This document shows positions 56,548 to 64,000 of a DNA stretch of 64,000 bases, piece after piece; within the stretch, counting starts at the first letter, position 1; every line of letters begins with the position of its first letter. A program made the translations under genes and the position numbers. The notes beneath the pieces are model-generated. The model did not search any database. It worked only from the letters and a program-made list of their open reading frames with translations, and had not been told where the DNA came from. The DNA is taken from contig DYGT01000003.1 of assembly GCA_020724555.1 (NCBI GenBank), forward strand, positions 21,415-85,414, written 5' to 3'. Origin of the DNA: Candidatus Microgenomatus sp. Its GTDB lineage: Bacteria; Patescibacteriota; Microgenomatia; UBA8517.

Positions 56548-57090
56548 TTAATTTTTAGTCTCTTTTATGTATGTCGTCAAAAACATAATCATGAGGGAAA
56601 AAGCGGTCAAAGCCATCATGGGAATAGTAATATAGCCAAACTCTTTTACGAAACTGTCGCTGCAGGAAACGGAATAACCAACCACAGGGCAAACCGATAT
56701 ATCCACAACCTTCATTTGCAATAAATAATGATACAAAGAAATGCTGCCGCCGATTGCCGAAAGACCCAAAGAATATGGGTGAATAATTGCTTGGTCTTTA
56801 TATAATGCTAGCAAAAATAAAATTGTCTGGGGATACATAAAAATTCTTTGATACCAACAAAGCTCGCATGGCGTAAATTTAGCAACTTCCGAATAATACA
56901 AACTTCCCAAAGTGGCAATGAGAGAAATGATAAAAACAAATAAGTACGCGTTTTGGGAAACGATTTTTGAAAAATTATATTTTCCGAGCTTAAGAGGGCG
57001 AAAAAAATTAAGCAAAAGTATTATTAAAATTACATGTCCCAAAACCGTCAAAATTGCTAAAATTTGGTGGATTAAATCAGCACTTAACAT
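56548..57090 (-). CDS. disulfide-bond formation protein B (DsbB/BdbC family)
   Basis: 4 TM. CELCWYQR redox pair in the first periplasmic loop and a second Cys pair (VCPVVGYSVSCSD). Confidence 0.7.
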   Translation of the reverse strand: MLSADLIHQILAILTVLGHVILIILLLNFFRPLKLGKYNFSKIVSQNAYLFVFIISLIATLGSLYYSEVAKFTPCELCWYQRIFMYPQTILFLLALYKDQAIIHPYSLGLSAIGGSISLYHYLLQMKVVDISVCPVVGYSVSCSDSFVKEFGYITIPMMALTAFSLMIMFLTTYIKETKN

Positions 57091-57180
57091 CTAAAAGATG
57101 GAATATTTTAACCGTTTAAACAAACAAAATCCAGTATATTTTATGGAAAATAATTTTTTTACTATTGCAAACAGTTATTA

Positions 57181-58239
57181 CTATTGCAAATATTTTTTGT
57201 AAAAATCAACCGTTCTTTCTATGGCCACAGAAAAACTTGCGCCATTTATGTTATGACCCCCGCTTTGGTATTCAAAAAATTCGTGCTTAATGCCATACTG
57301 CTCAAGAAGCTTTACCAGATTACGGCTATAACCAATATTTACTACGTCGTCGTCTGCTGCATGGTGGATAGCAATAGCACCACTATAATCTTTTAGGTAA
57401 TCAACAGGCGTCACTTGCTTCCAAAATTCACTCTCCATCCTAAATTCGCCGTGAGTATCAAACAGCTCCCTTACTCTTTGTCTTCCGGGTGAATTATCAT
57501 CGGCTGGCCGGCGGTAAGAATTATCGTTAATTCCCAAACTTTGAAAGTCTTCATAAGTATAAACCGCTCCCGCCCAGACAACAGCAGCCGGAATATCCGG
57601 CATGGCGGCAAGGCTTCGGATTATAATATTTCCTGCCATACTATGGCCCCAAAGTCCGATTTTGCCTCCATTGACAAAATCGCTTTTAGCAAGAGCCGCT
57701 CTGGCATTTAGCGTATCCACTACATAGTCGGATGAATAATAGGCCCCACGGGCCTCCCCCTCGGATTCTCCATGGCCACGAAGGTCTATTTTAAAAACTA
57801 CAAAACCGTTTTTCGCAATATAATTCACATAATCTTCATAGCGCTCTTGTGTTGAATACTCAGACGGTGGGATATAACCATGGATAAATATTACCGCCGG
57901 CCACCCACCCTCCGGCATTTTGCCCAAAGGTATAGTCAAAAGCCCATTAACCCTTAATCCGTCGGACAAATAGTGGGTCAAATATGTGGTGTAACTTTTG
58001 TTTTGTGATACTTGCGACAGCTCACCAAGGCTGCTTTCGTAGCTACGTTCTCTTAGGTATGGAATAGTCATTTCCCAAAAAGGCGGCTTTTCCTCACCTT
58101 GAGACAAACCCATACTGTAGGCCCGCTCCATAACTTCCTTTTGTGCTTGGGGCTTTGCGAATCTTTGCGCGGCAAATAATCCCCCCAGTGAAACTAATAA
58201 AAATAGCAATATTAAAATAAGCAATTTATCTTTGTTCAT
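57181..58239 (-). CDS. secreted alpha/beta hydrolase (S9/dienelactone-hydrolase-like)
   Basis: Signal peptide, GLWGHSMAG nucleophile elbow, distal Asp/His (AADDDV, GGHN). Confidence 0.8.
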   Translation of the reverse strand: MNKDKLLILILLFLLVSLGGLFAAQRFAKPQAQKEVMERAYSMGLSQGEEKPPFWEMTIPYLRERSYESSLGELSQVSQNKSYTTYLTHYLSDGLRVNGLLTIPLGKMPEGGWPAVIFIHGYIPPSEYSTQERYEDYVNYIAKNGFVVFKIDLRGHGESEGEARGAYYSSDYVVDTLNARAALAKSDFVNGGKIGLWGHSMAGNIIIRSLAAMPDIPAAVVWAGAVYTYEDFQSLGINDNSYRRPADDNSPGRQRVRELFDTHGEFRMESEFWKQVTPVDYLKDYSGAIAIHHAADDDVVNIGYSRNLVKLLEQYGIKHEFFEYQSGGHNINGASFSVAIERTVDFYKKYLQ

Positions 58240-59386
58240 AAATATCTCCTAAATTAACCTTCCAGTAATTCGAGCTGTTAAATTTATTTGCAAGTTCAAA
58301 AGCGTTCTGTGTCAGCTCATTTTGTCCGTTTTGGCGGTGTATTATCCCCCTTAGATAATAAAGCTCGGAAAACGCGCGATTGTAGTTGTTTAAAATGCTC
58401 TCGGCCATAAACATTACTTTGTCGAAATCACCTAGTTTGTAATAAGCCAAAATTGGCTCGATCTGGTACCAGAGCATTCTTGGAGGGAGAGAGTCTTCAA
58501 TTTGTTCGAAACTGTCGACCGCTTCTTGATATAAACCAAGCTTGTAATACGCCACAACCTGGTTAAACCTGGCATAAATATCATGAGGATTGTCTTCAAG
58601 TTGATTCTGCGACAAATCCAAAGCCAATTGCCAGGCACTGTTTTGATCTGTACGCTCGCCCAAAACCTGCTCTACCTGTAATATTTTTTCTTCGGGCACC
58701 AATACCAAAAACTCGTAATTAAATGCCTGCCACAAAGCGTTAAATTCGTCTTCGCTAAAAGCTAAATTGGCTCCCTGCAATGAATCATCCTGAATAATAA
58801 CTTTCTCGTTTTTATTAAAACCTTTCACTACGCGGTAATGACCGATGTCCTCTCCTAAGCTTAACCATGTTCGGGTAATTACCGGTAAGTCGAGAGTAAC
58901 TAATTTCTGCAAGATTTCAATGTTTCCTCCGGGCCGGTGATATGCTGTCAGGTTAAAATTGCGGGCATATAAGGCAAGCTCGGCAACCGTGACCGACTTA
59001 TCATCGTTATTACCCTGAGGGTTTTGAAATGGCCGAAGCGCTTTGCCCAAAACTCCTTGGCCTTCATTAATGCCATAGTAAGACAAAGCCATACCGAGAG
59101 AAGCCGGTCCGCAATTATTAAATGTTTGAAACACCTGCACTCCGCCGCTTAAGGTTTTTTGCGCAGGAACACTTATTGGCTCGGCGGTTGGCAACGGCTT
59201 AGGAGTGGGGAGAGTTTTAGAAAATACAGCTTGTTGTTGGCTTAATTTTTTAGATGGGGCATTTAAGCCACGACCTGCACCGGCCGATACCCCCATTGCA
59301 GCCAATATCAAGACAAAAATACTTGCAATAAAATATTTAAATTTAATTTTTCGAATATGTTTCAAACTTAAATTATAGCAAACCAA
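58226..59386 (-). CDS. peptidase C39-like (papain-fold) domain protein with C-terminal TPR repeats, membrane anchored
   Basis: N-terminal TM. QTFNNCGPASLGMALSYYG (C39_2-type catalytic Cys context), downstream His. TPR-like helical repeats at the C-terminus. Confidence 0.6.
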   Translation of the reverse strand: MVCYNLSLKHIRKIKFKYFIASIFVLILAAMGVSAGAGRGLNAPSKKLSQQQAVFSKTLPTPKPLPTAEPISVPAQKTLSGGVQVFQTFNNCGPASLGMALSYYGINEGQGVLGKALRPFQNPQGNNDDKSVTVAELALYARNFNLTAYHRPGGNIEILQKLVTLDLPVITRTWLSLGEDIGHYRVVKGFNKNEKVIIQDDSLQGANLAFSEDEFNALWQAFNYEFLVLVPEEKILQVEQVLGERTDQNSAWQLALDLSQNQLEDNPHDIYARFNQVVAYYKLGLYQEAVDSFEQIEDSLPPRMLWYQIEPILAYYKLGDFDKVMFMAESILNNYNRAFSELYYLRGIIHRQNGQNELTQNAFELANKFNSSNYWKVNLGDIYEQR

Positions 59387-59422
59387 ATCCAGTACTTTTT
59401 TGGGGGGAATTAAAAAAACACG

Positions 59423-60613
59423 TCAGTCCACAAAAGTTAAGGCTTTGCCTTTTTTGTTGGCGCGGCCGGTGCGACCAATGCGGTGTATGTAATCTTCATA
59501 AGACTCGGGCAAATCGTAATTAACAACATGGGTGACATCGCTAATATCCAAACCGCGGGAAGCAATATCGGTTGCCAAAAGCACTTTTACTTTATTATTT
59601 TTAAACTGATCGAGTGCCCTTTGTCTCTGGCTTTGTGATTTATTTCCATGGATTACCGCAACTGTCACCCGTTTTTGCACCAAATTTTTGGCTATCTTAT
59701 CAATACCTCTTTTGGTACGGCCAAAAACAAGCACTTTTTCAAATTCACGCCCGTGTAGCAGTTCATTTAAAACCTGCAATTTTTCGCGTCCGTTTAAGCG
59801 GACGATGTCCTGATCTATATTATTTGCTACAGCTTGAGTTTTTATTGTTAAAAAAACCGGATTATGAGTAAAAGTCCTGAGTATTTTTTGCGCCTCATTC
59901 GGCAAAGTTGCAGAAAAAAACAAAGACTGCCTGGGGGTGGATAATTTTGAAACAATTTTGCTTACGTCTTTTACAAAACCCATATCAAGCATCCGGTCAA
60001 CTTCATCCAAAACAATAGTTTTAAAAACCGAAAAGTTAATCTTTCTTCTCTCTTCCAAATCCAATAATCTTCCCGGGGTGCCCACTATTAAATTCGGATT
60101 TTTTTGTAATTTATTAATTTGGCTGCCGATCCCAATTCCACCAATGCATACGGCTGAGCGTAGATAAGTATTTTTGGAAAGATCGCGGAATTCAGATTCT
60201 ACTTGTACGGCCAGTTCGCGCGTAGGCAGTACGATTAATACCCGTTCTTTGTTGTCTACTAGCATTTTTTGAATTAGAGGAAGCAAAAAAGCAGCCGTTT
60301 TTCCGGTACCTGTATCGGCAACTCCCACTACGTCGCGACCATCAAGCAGTGGCCTTATTGCCTGATCCTGTATCGCAGTTGGTGTACTATAACCCTTTAG
60401 TTCAATATTTTTCAAAAGAGCTGGGTTTAAGGAAAAATCAGAAAATTTATTAACTGAACTATATAATTCAAGCGTCTCATCAGTAGCTTTTCTCACAAAC
60501 ATCATGGGGTTATAATTGGGAATTTTTTTCCTTGCCCCAAAACCTCCTCCTCCTCTTTTATTTCTAAAACGGCTGAAATTTTTGCCTCGGGAATACTTTT
60601 TGTTTTTATACAT
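59423..60613 (-). CDS. DEAD-box ATP-dependent RNA helicase with N-terminal RGG/basic extension
   Basis: Q motif, GTGKTAAF, PTRELA, DEVDRML, SAT, HRIGRTGR. N-terminus KYSRGKNFSRFRNKRGGGGFGARKK. Confidence 0.9.
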   Translation of the reverse strand: MYKNKKYSRGKNFSRFRNKRGGGGFGARKKIPNYNPMMFVRKATDETLELYSSVNKFSDFSLNPALLKNIELKGYSTPTAIQDQAIRPLLDGRDVVGVADTGTGKTAAFLLPLIQKMLVDNKERVLIVLPTRELAVQVESEFRDLSKNTYLRSAVCIGGIGIGSQINKLQKNPNLIVGTPGRLLDLEERRKINFSVFKTIVLDEVDRMLDMGFVKDVSKIVSKLSTPRQSLFFSATLPNEAQKILRTFTHNPVFLTIKTQAVANNIDQDIVRLNGREKLQVLNELLHGREFEKVLVFGRTKRGIDKIAKNLVQKRVTVAVIHGNKSQSQRQRALDQFKNNKVKVLLATDIASRGLDISDVTHVVNYDLPESYEDYIHRIGRTGRANKKGKALTFVD

Positions 60614-60913
60614 GTCTAATTTATTAGTATCAAAACAATAAAACTGCTTAAGTAAATAATCTATTTAAGAATGTAGCCGGCCAGTGCCGTTAACTGAAGA
60701 TGAAAAGATACAGTGTTTATATTGATAAAAAATGGGGTATCTTTACCTATCCACAGAATTCAAAAAATGTTAAAAAATTAAGCAGATCTATTGCTTTGAT
60801 CTGCCAATGCCAGTTAGTATAACACAAAAGTTAAAAAATTGCCACTTTTAAAAAACTAGCTAACGGGTTTATCCTTAAAATAGATCTGAATTTAGGTAAA
60901 GGAGGTGAGAAAA

Positions 60914-61309
60914 GTGGATAAAAAATTTGGCGTAAAATTTACCGGCTACTGGGTTGTCAACTTTTTAGTATTGTCTTTGGCAAACTCCTTTTTCCCGGAT
61001 GCATTTGAACTGGGAAACGCAGAGCTTTGCGTTCCGACGGCGGCAATATTTTCGGGATTTTTATTAACGACGCTCCTTTTTTTGGCAAGGGGGCTTGCCA
61101 GGACGAAATATATTAAAGTTAACGGGAGAGTAAATATGTTTGTCTATTATTGGGCGGCGGGAAGCGCGGGAATATGGATCATTGCCAGAATTGCGGATGT
61201 GAGCGGATTTGGAATTAGCCGCTTTATCTGGGCAATTGGAGCCGGCTTTGTCGTTTCCCTGACAAACTGGATACTTAGGCAAGCATATAAGGGAATGGAG
61301 GTGGCTTAA
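60914..61309 (+). CDS. small 4-TM membrane protein, hypothetical
   Basis: GTG start at 60914, 8 nt after AGGAGG. The ORF-track GTG at 60905 overlaps the RBS. Confidence 0.45.
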   Translation: MDKKFGVKFTGYWVVNFLVLSLANSFFPDAFELGNAELCVPTAAIFSGFLLTTLLFLARGLARTKYIKVNGRVNMFVYYWAAGSAGIWIIARIADVSGFGISRFIWAIGAGFVVSLTNWILRQAYKGMEVA

Positions 61310-61339
61310 TAAACCCCAAAAGGGGTTAGGTTAAAAAAC

Positions 61340-61594
61340 TTATTTTAAAGATTCGTTGAGAAGAATGGAGCTTATTGTTGCGGCACGATCAGAAGACCTG
61401 TAATTTCCTCCTTCAAGGTTGTTAATTTTTTCGATTTCTTGCCAAATATCCGGGTAGGGGCCAATTCTGCCGGTTAATTTATATTTACCTTTGGCGAGTC
61501 TCAAAAACCTCTTTGCCAAATCAATTTTTCCTTCATAAATCCAGTAAGAGACTCTTCTTAAATCAGTTGAAAAATTGGCTAAATCTTTATTCAT
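61340..61594 (-). CDS. small hypothetical protein (84 aa), downstream partner of an overlapping gene pair
   Basis: ATGA start/stop overlap with 61591..61926. No recognisable motif. Confidence 0.35.
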   Translation of the reverse strand: MNKDLANFSTDLRRVSYWIYEGKIDLAKRFLRLAKGKYKLTGRIGPYPDIWQEIEKINNLEGGNYRSSDRAATISSILLNESLK

Positions 61595-61926
61595 AATCTA
61601 AATTTTTCTTTAACTATTTTAATGAATTTCTCCCGAATTTCAGCGTCTAAAATCTCCTGACTATTATTGCCTTGGTTTGGGCGTAAATTGATAAGCGCAA
61701 CTGTCTCGATATTTTTAGCATTAAGATCTATCCCTCCTCCCCAAAGATTTTTTTGTTTAGACCCCTTTTCAACTAAAATTTTTTCGGCGTCAGCATGCCA
61801 TTCACCACCGGCGGCAAGCAAATTCTTTTCGATATCAACAACAACTTTGATATAAACCCCATATTCTTCAGAGGCTTTTCTAATATCTTTTTGAGTTACC
61901 CTGTCTTTGATAATAACAACAGACAC
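61591..61926 (-). CDS. small hypothetical protein (111 aa), upstream partner of the pair
   Basis: Soluble, mixed alpha/beta by composition. No recognisable motif. Confidence 0.4.
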   Translation of the reverse strand: MSVVIIKDRVTQKDIRKASEEYGVYIKVVVDIEKNLLAAGGEWHADAEKILVEKGSKQKNLWGGGIDLNAKNIETVALINLRPNQGNNSQEILDAEIREKFIKIVKEKFRL

Positions 61927-62016
61927 TACTAATATTATATTTCAACCTAATAGTATTCACTATACCCAGAAGACGGGACTTAATTGAAATATTAATTGAT
62001 TTAAATAATTTATATA

Positions 62017-62364
62017 TTAAAGCTTGTCAATGTAGGTTTGTAAACCCTTTGTCGTTTGTGGAAAAACTTTTACATTATGACCCCTACGTAGTTTATTTAA
62101 AGCTAAATTTAAAATTTCCTTTAAACGAAGGGTTTCTGTCAATGTAAGTATTTTATTACTTTTTAATTTTATGGTTATTCTTTTATCTATTTTAGATTCT
62201 TTTACCCAGGGCAATTTCTTATATCCGGGTAACGCTGGCTCTTTTTGCAGAACTTTTAATACTTGGTTGTTGGCAATATCAAGTGATTCCAGATAAGAGA
62301 TTATATCTTTTTTGCTCACTTTTGTTTTATTTAAGGCAGATATGCTAGCTGGATTGTTCACCAA
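62017..62364 (-). CDS. hypothetical basic protein (115 aa)
   Basis: K/L-rich, no signal peptide, no recognisable motif. Confidence 0.35.
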   Translation of the reverse strand: MVNNPASISALNKTKVSKKDIISYLESLDIANNQVLKVLQKEPALPGYKKLPWVKESKIDKRITIKLKSNKILTLTETLRLKEILNLALNKLRRGHNVKVFPQTTKGLQTYIDKL

Positions 62365-62426
62365 GATAATAACATTTTAACACAACCCAGTGAAGTTGGC
62401 TTAAAATTCTTGTATACTGACTATCT

Positions 62427-63080
62427 ATGGAACAATTTTTAGCAATTTTACACGACCTATCAACTAAAGTCCCCTTATCAATTTATGCTTCTGTCGGAGG
62501 ATTTATTGAAGAAATTCTTGCCCCTATACCCTCCCCTTTAATCATGACTTCTGCGGGCTCAATTGCCCAAGAACAAGGCCGGACGGCTATATATATTATT
62601 CTAATATCACTATTTGCGGCGGTTGGCAAAACTGTTGGCGCTTATATTATTTACTACTTTGCCGATAAAGCCGAGGATGTTATCTTATCAAAATTCGGAA
62701 AATTTTTAGGCATCACCCACAAAGAAGTGGAAAGCTTTGGTAAAAGATTTAATAAAACCTGGCACGATGACGTTCTTTTAATATTTTTGCGGGCTGTTCC
62801 CATATTTTCCGGAGCGCCAGTGGCTGCCGTGTGCGGACTTATAAAGCTAAACCTTCGAACTTATATCCAATCTACATTTGTGGGCGTGTGGATAAGAAGT
62901 ATGATTTTTGGTTACATAGGGTACTATGGCATGTCCCAGCTTAAAGAGGGTCTAGTAAGTGCCGAAAGCATCGGCAAAATTATAATACTTGCAATAATTG
63001 GCATTCCCACGCTTTATTTTTTTTACAAAAAACGAAACCATATCCAAGACTCCATCCTAAAAATGCTTGAAAAAAAATAA
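62427..63080 (+). CDS. DedA/TVP38-family-like membrane protein
   Basis: 217 aa, 4-5 TM with a re-entrant-like GxxxxPxP region (ILAPIPSPLIMTSAGSIA) and YYFADKAED. Resembles the DedA core. Confidence 0.5.
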   Translation: MEQFLAILHDLSTKVPLSIYASVGGFIEEILAPIPSPLIMTSAGSIAQEQGRTAIYIILISLFAAVGKTVGAYIIYYFADKAEDVILSKFGKFLGITHKEVESFGKRFNKTWHDDVLLIFLRAVPIFSGAPVAAVCGLIKLNLRTYIQSTFVGVWIRSMIFGYIGYYGMSQLKEGLVSAESIGKIIILAIIGIPTLYFFYKKRNHIQDSILKMLEKK

Positions 63081-63103
63081 TTGCTGACTATCCGGAAAAT
63101 CTA

Positions 63104-63487
63104 TCAACCCTTAACCCACTCTGTTAATTCCCCACGTATTTTTTCATCACTACACTCCACGCGCCGTTCACCTGTCTTAAGATTAACAACAAACGTACCG
63201 TTAACACCAATCTCAACCGGCTCCGTCCCCTCTTTCATTACAATCAGCCTTTCCTCATCCAACATTACAAAGGGCATTCTAAACACCCACTGGCGCTCAA
63301 GCCTTCCATTAACCCCCAACTGTGTATATTTCTCAAGCCTCCTCACCAAATGGTCCCACCACTCACTTCCACCTGCCTTTTCCTTTAAATCTACCTGACT
63401 CACTCCCCGAATTACCCGATGACCAACTGTCAACTCACCAAACCCGGCATATCCTCTAAAAGAAACCCCTCTCTCAACCGAAGACAT
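63104..63487 (-). CDS. hypothetical protein with atypical (G/V/E/R-rich) composition
   Basis: 127 aa. Lies in a segment whose plus strand is C-rich and G-poor, unlike the rest of the window. Confidence 0.35.
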   Translation of the reverse strand: MSSVERGVSFRGYAGFGELTVGHRVIRGVSQVDLKEKAGGSEWWDHLVRRLEKYTQLGVNGRLERQWVFRMPFVMLDEERLIVMKEGTEPVEIGVNGTFVVNLKTGERRVECSDEKIRGELTEWVKG

Positions 63488-63672
63488 AATTTCACTCTAT
63501 AAATCCAAACTCTACTTGTCAATCTGTCCATAATGTAACACCATATTTGCAACTATAATACTTACATCTAAACAAGCAGCAGGCCTTAACAAAAGTAGCA
63601 TACTTTTATTAAGAACTAACTGGCTCGGACGATGGTATACCCGCCCACAAAATGTTGCGTCACTTACGCCGC

Positions 63673-63993
63673 TCAAGTTTGTATTTGAACCATTGCTTGT
63701 TTAGCTCTTTCAAAAAAATCCGCATCAATGCTCTTGCCTTTATTAAGGTATTCCTGAACTACAGGTCTTAGCTTTTCGCCCAATAATTTCCTTTGCCTCA
63801 CCTCACGCTCATCTGTATCTCTGGCAACTGGGGCTAAACTTCCAATGGGTTCAATATCTGGTGCATAGATACCTTGGACTGCGTATGCAATACCCTCATC
63901 TAACAAAGTAGAGGCTCTACCTTGCTCGTTTGGAAAACCAGTAGTCGCTTCAAAGTCAGATGCAAACTTAGAACCTGGTCTGCTGTCTAGCAT
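63673..63993 (-). CDS. hypothetical protein, possibly N-terminally incomplete at the window end
   Basis: 106 aa, A/G/E/R-rich, same atypical composition as the neighbouring ORF. Confidence 0.25.
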   Translation of the reverse strand: MLDSRPGSKFASDFEATTGFPNEQGRASTLLDEGIAYAVQGIYAPDIEPIGSLAPVARDTDEREVRQRKLLGEKLRPVVQEYLNKGKSIDADFFERAKQAMVQIQT

Positions 63994-64000
63994 CCCGTGA

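Noticed and set aside
57157-57191. Short direct repeat ttactattgcaaa x2 near the hydrolase gene stop
   Set aside because: Only 13 nt, partly inside the coding end. No associated structure or ORF. Likely incidental.
63081-63398. Plus-strand ORF 63081..63398 (S/T/L/P-rich)
   Set aside because: Translation of a C/T-rich strand. The opposite-strand ORF (63104..63487) has a more protein-like composition.

Overview
This is an AT-rich (roughly 38-40% GC by eye), densely coding bacterial window. The gene content is consistent with a small-genome Patescibacteria/CPR-like organism; that placement is an inference from gene content only, with no taxonomic marker checked.

Housekeeping blocks:
- nusA-infB-(degenerate DHH protein)-rpsO-pnp on the minus strand.
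- hrcA-grpE-dnaK-dnaJ with a perfect CIRCE operator embedded in its promoter.
- murJ and rpsT.
- metG fused head-to-tail with a processive GT2 synthase.
- tRNA-Cys(GCA), galU, a comM(yifB)-yraN-dprA competence operon, mscL, a ZIP transporter, dsbB and a DEAD-box helicase.
- Three UvrD-family helicases. One is fused to a Cas4/RecB-like Fe-S nuclease and sits next to rmuC; one is co-operonic with a PHP/Zn-finger EndoQ-like nuclease.

A large share of the window is cell-envelope biology:
- pilN/pilO-like genes followed by Pro/Thr-linker surface proteins.
- At least six polytopic GT-C (PMT/ArnT-like) glycosyltransferases.
- A WecA-type initiating transferase, a UbiA-family DPPR-synthase-like prenyl-phospho-pentose enzyme, an LCP ligase and tandem FemAB proteins.

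Most notable observations:
1. Two paralogous secreted proteins (an NHL beta-propeller and a parallel beta-helix) share an N-terminal leader that contains an in-frame (CACT)n/(GTGA)n tetranucleotide tract. In the NHL gene the tract is expanded to 11 units and both upstream ATGs are out of frame, so the gene reads OFF, but a +1 or -1 unit change would turn it ON. That is a textbook slipped-strand phase-variation switch.
2. A 112-bp direct repeat brackets the beta-helix gene and leaves an orphan 5' fragment of a GT-C gene.
3. A GC-rich, highly structured ~140-nt element lies between convergent gene ends and is a candidate ncRNA.
4. A WecA + DPPR-synthase + GT-C operon suggests a polyprenyl-phospho-pentose-dependent glycan pathway.
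5. An orphan EncFtn-like ferritin has no encapsulin shell gene nearby.
6. MscL carries a C-terminal zinc ribbon.
7. A compositionally atypical segment lies at the 3' end of the window.
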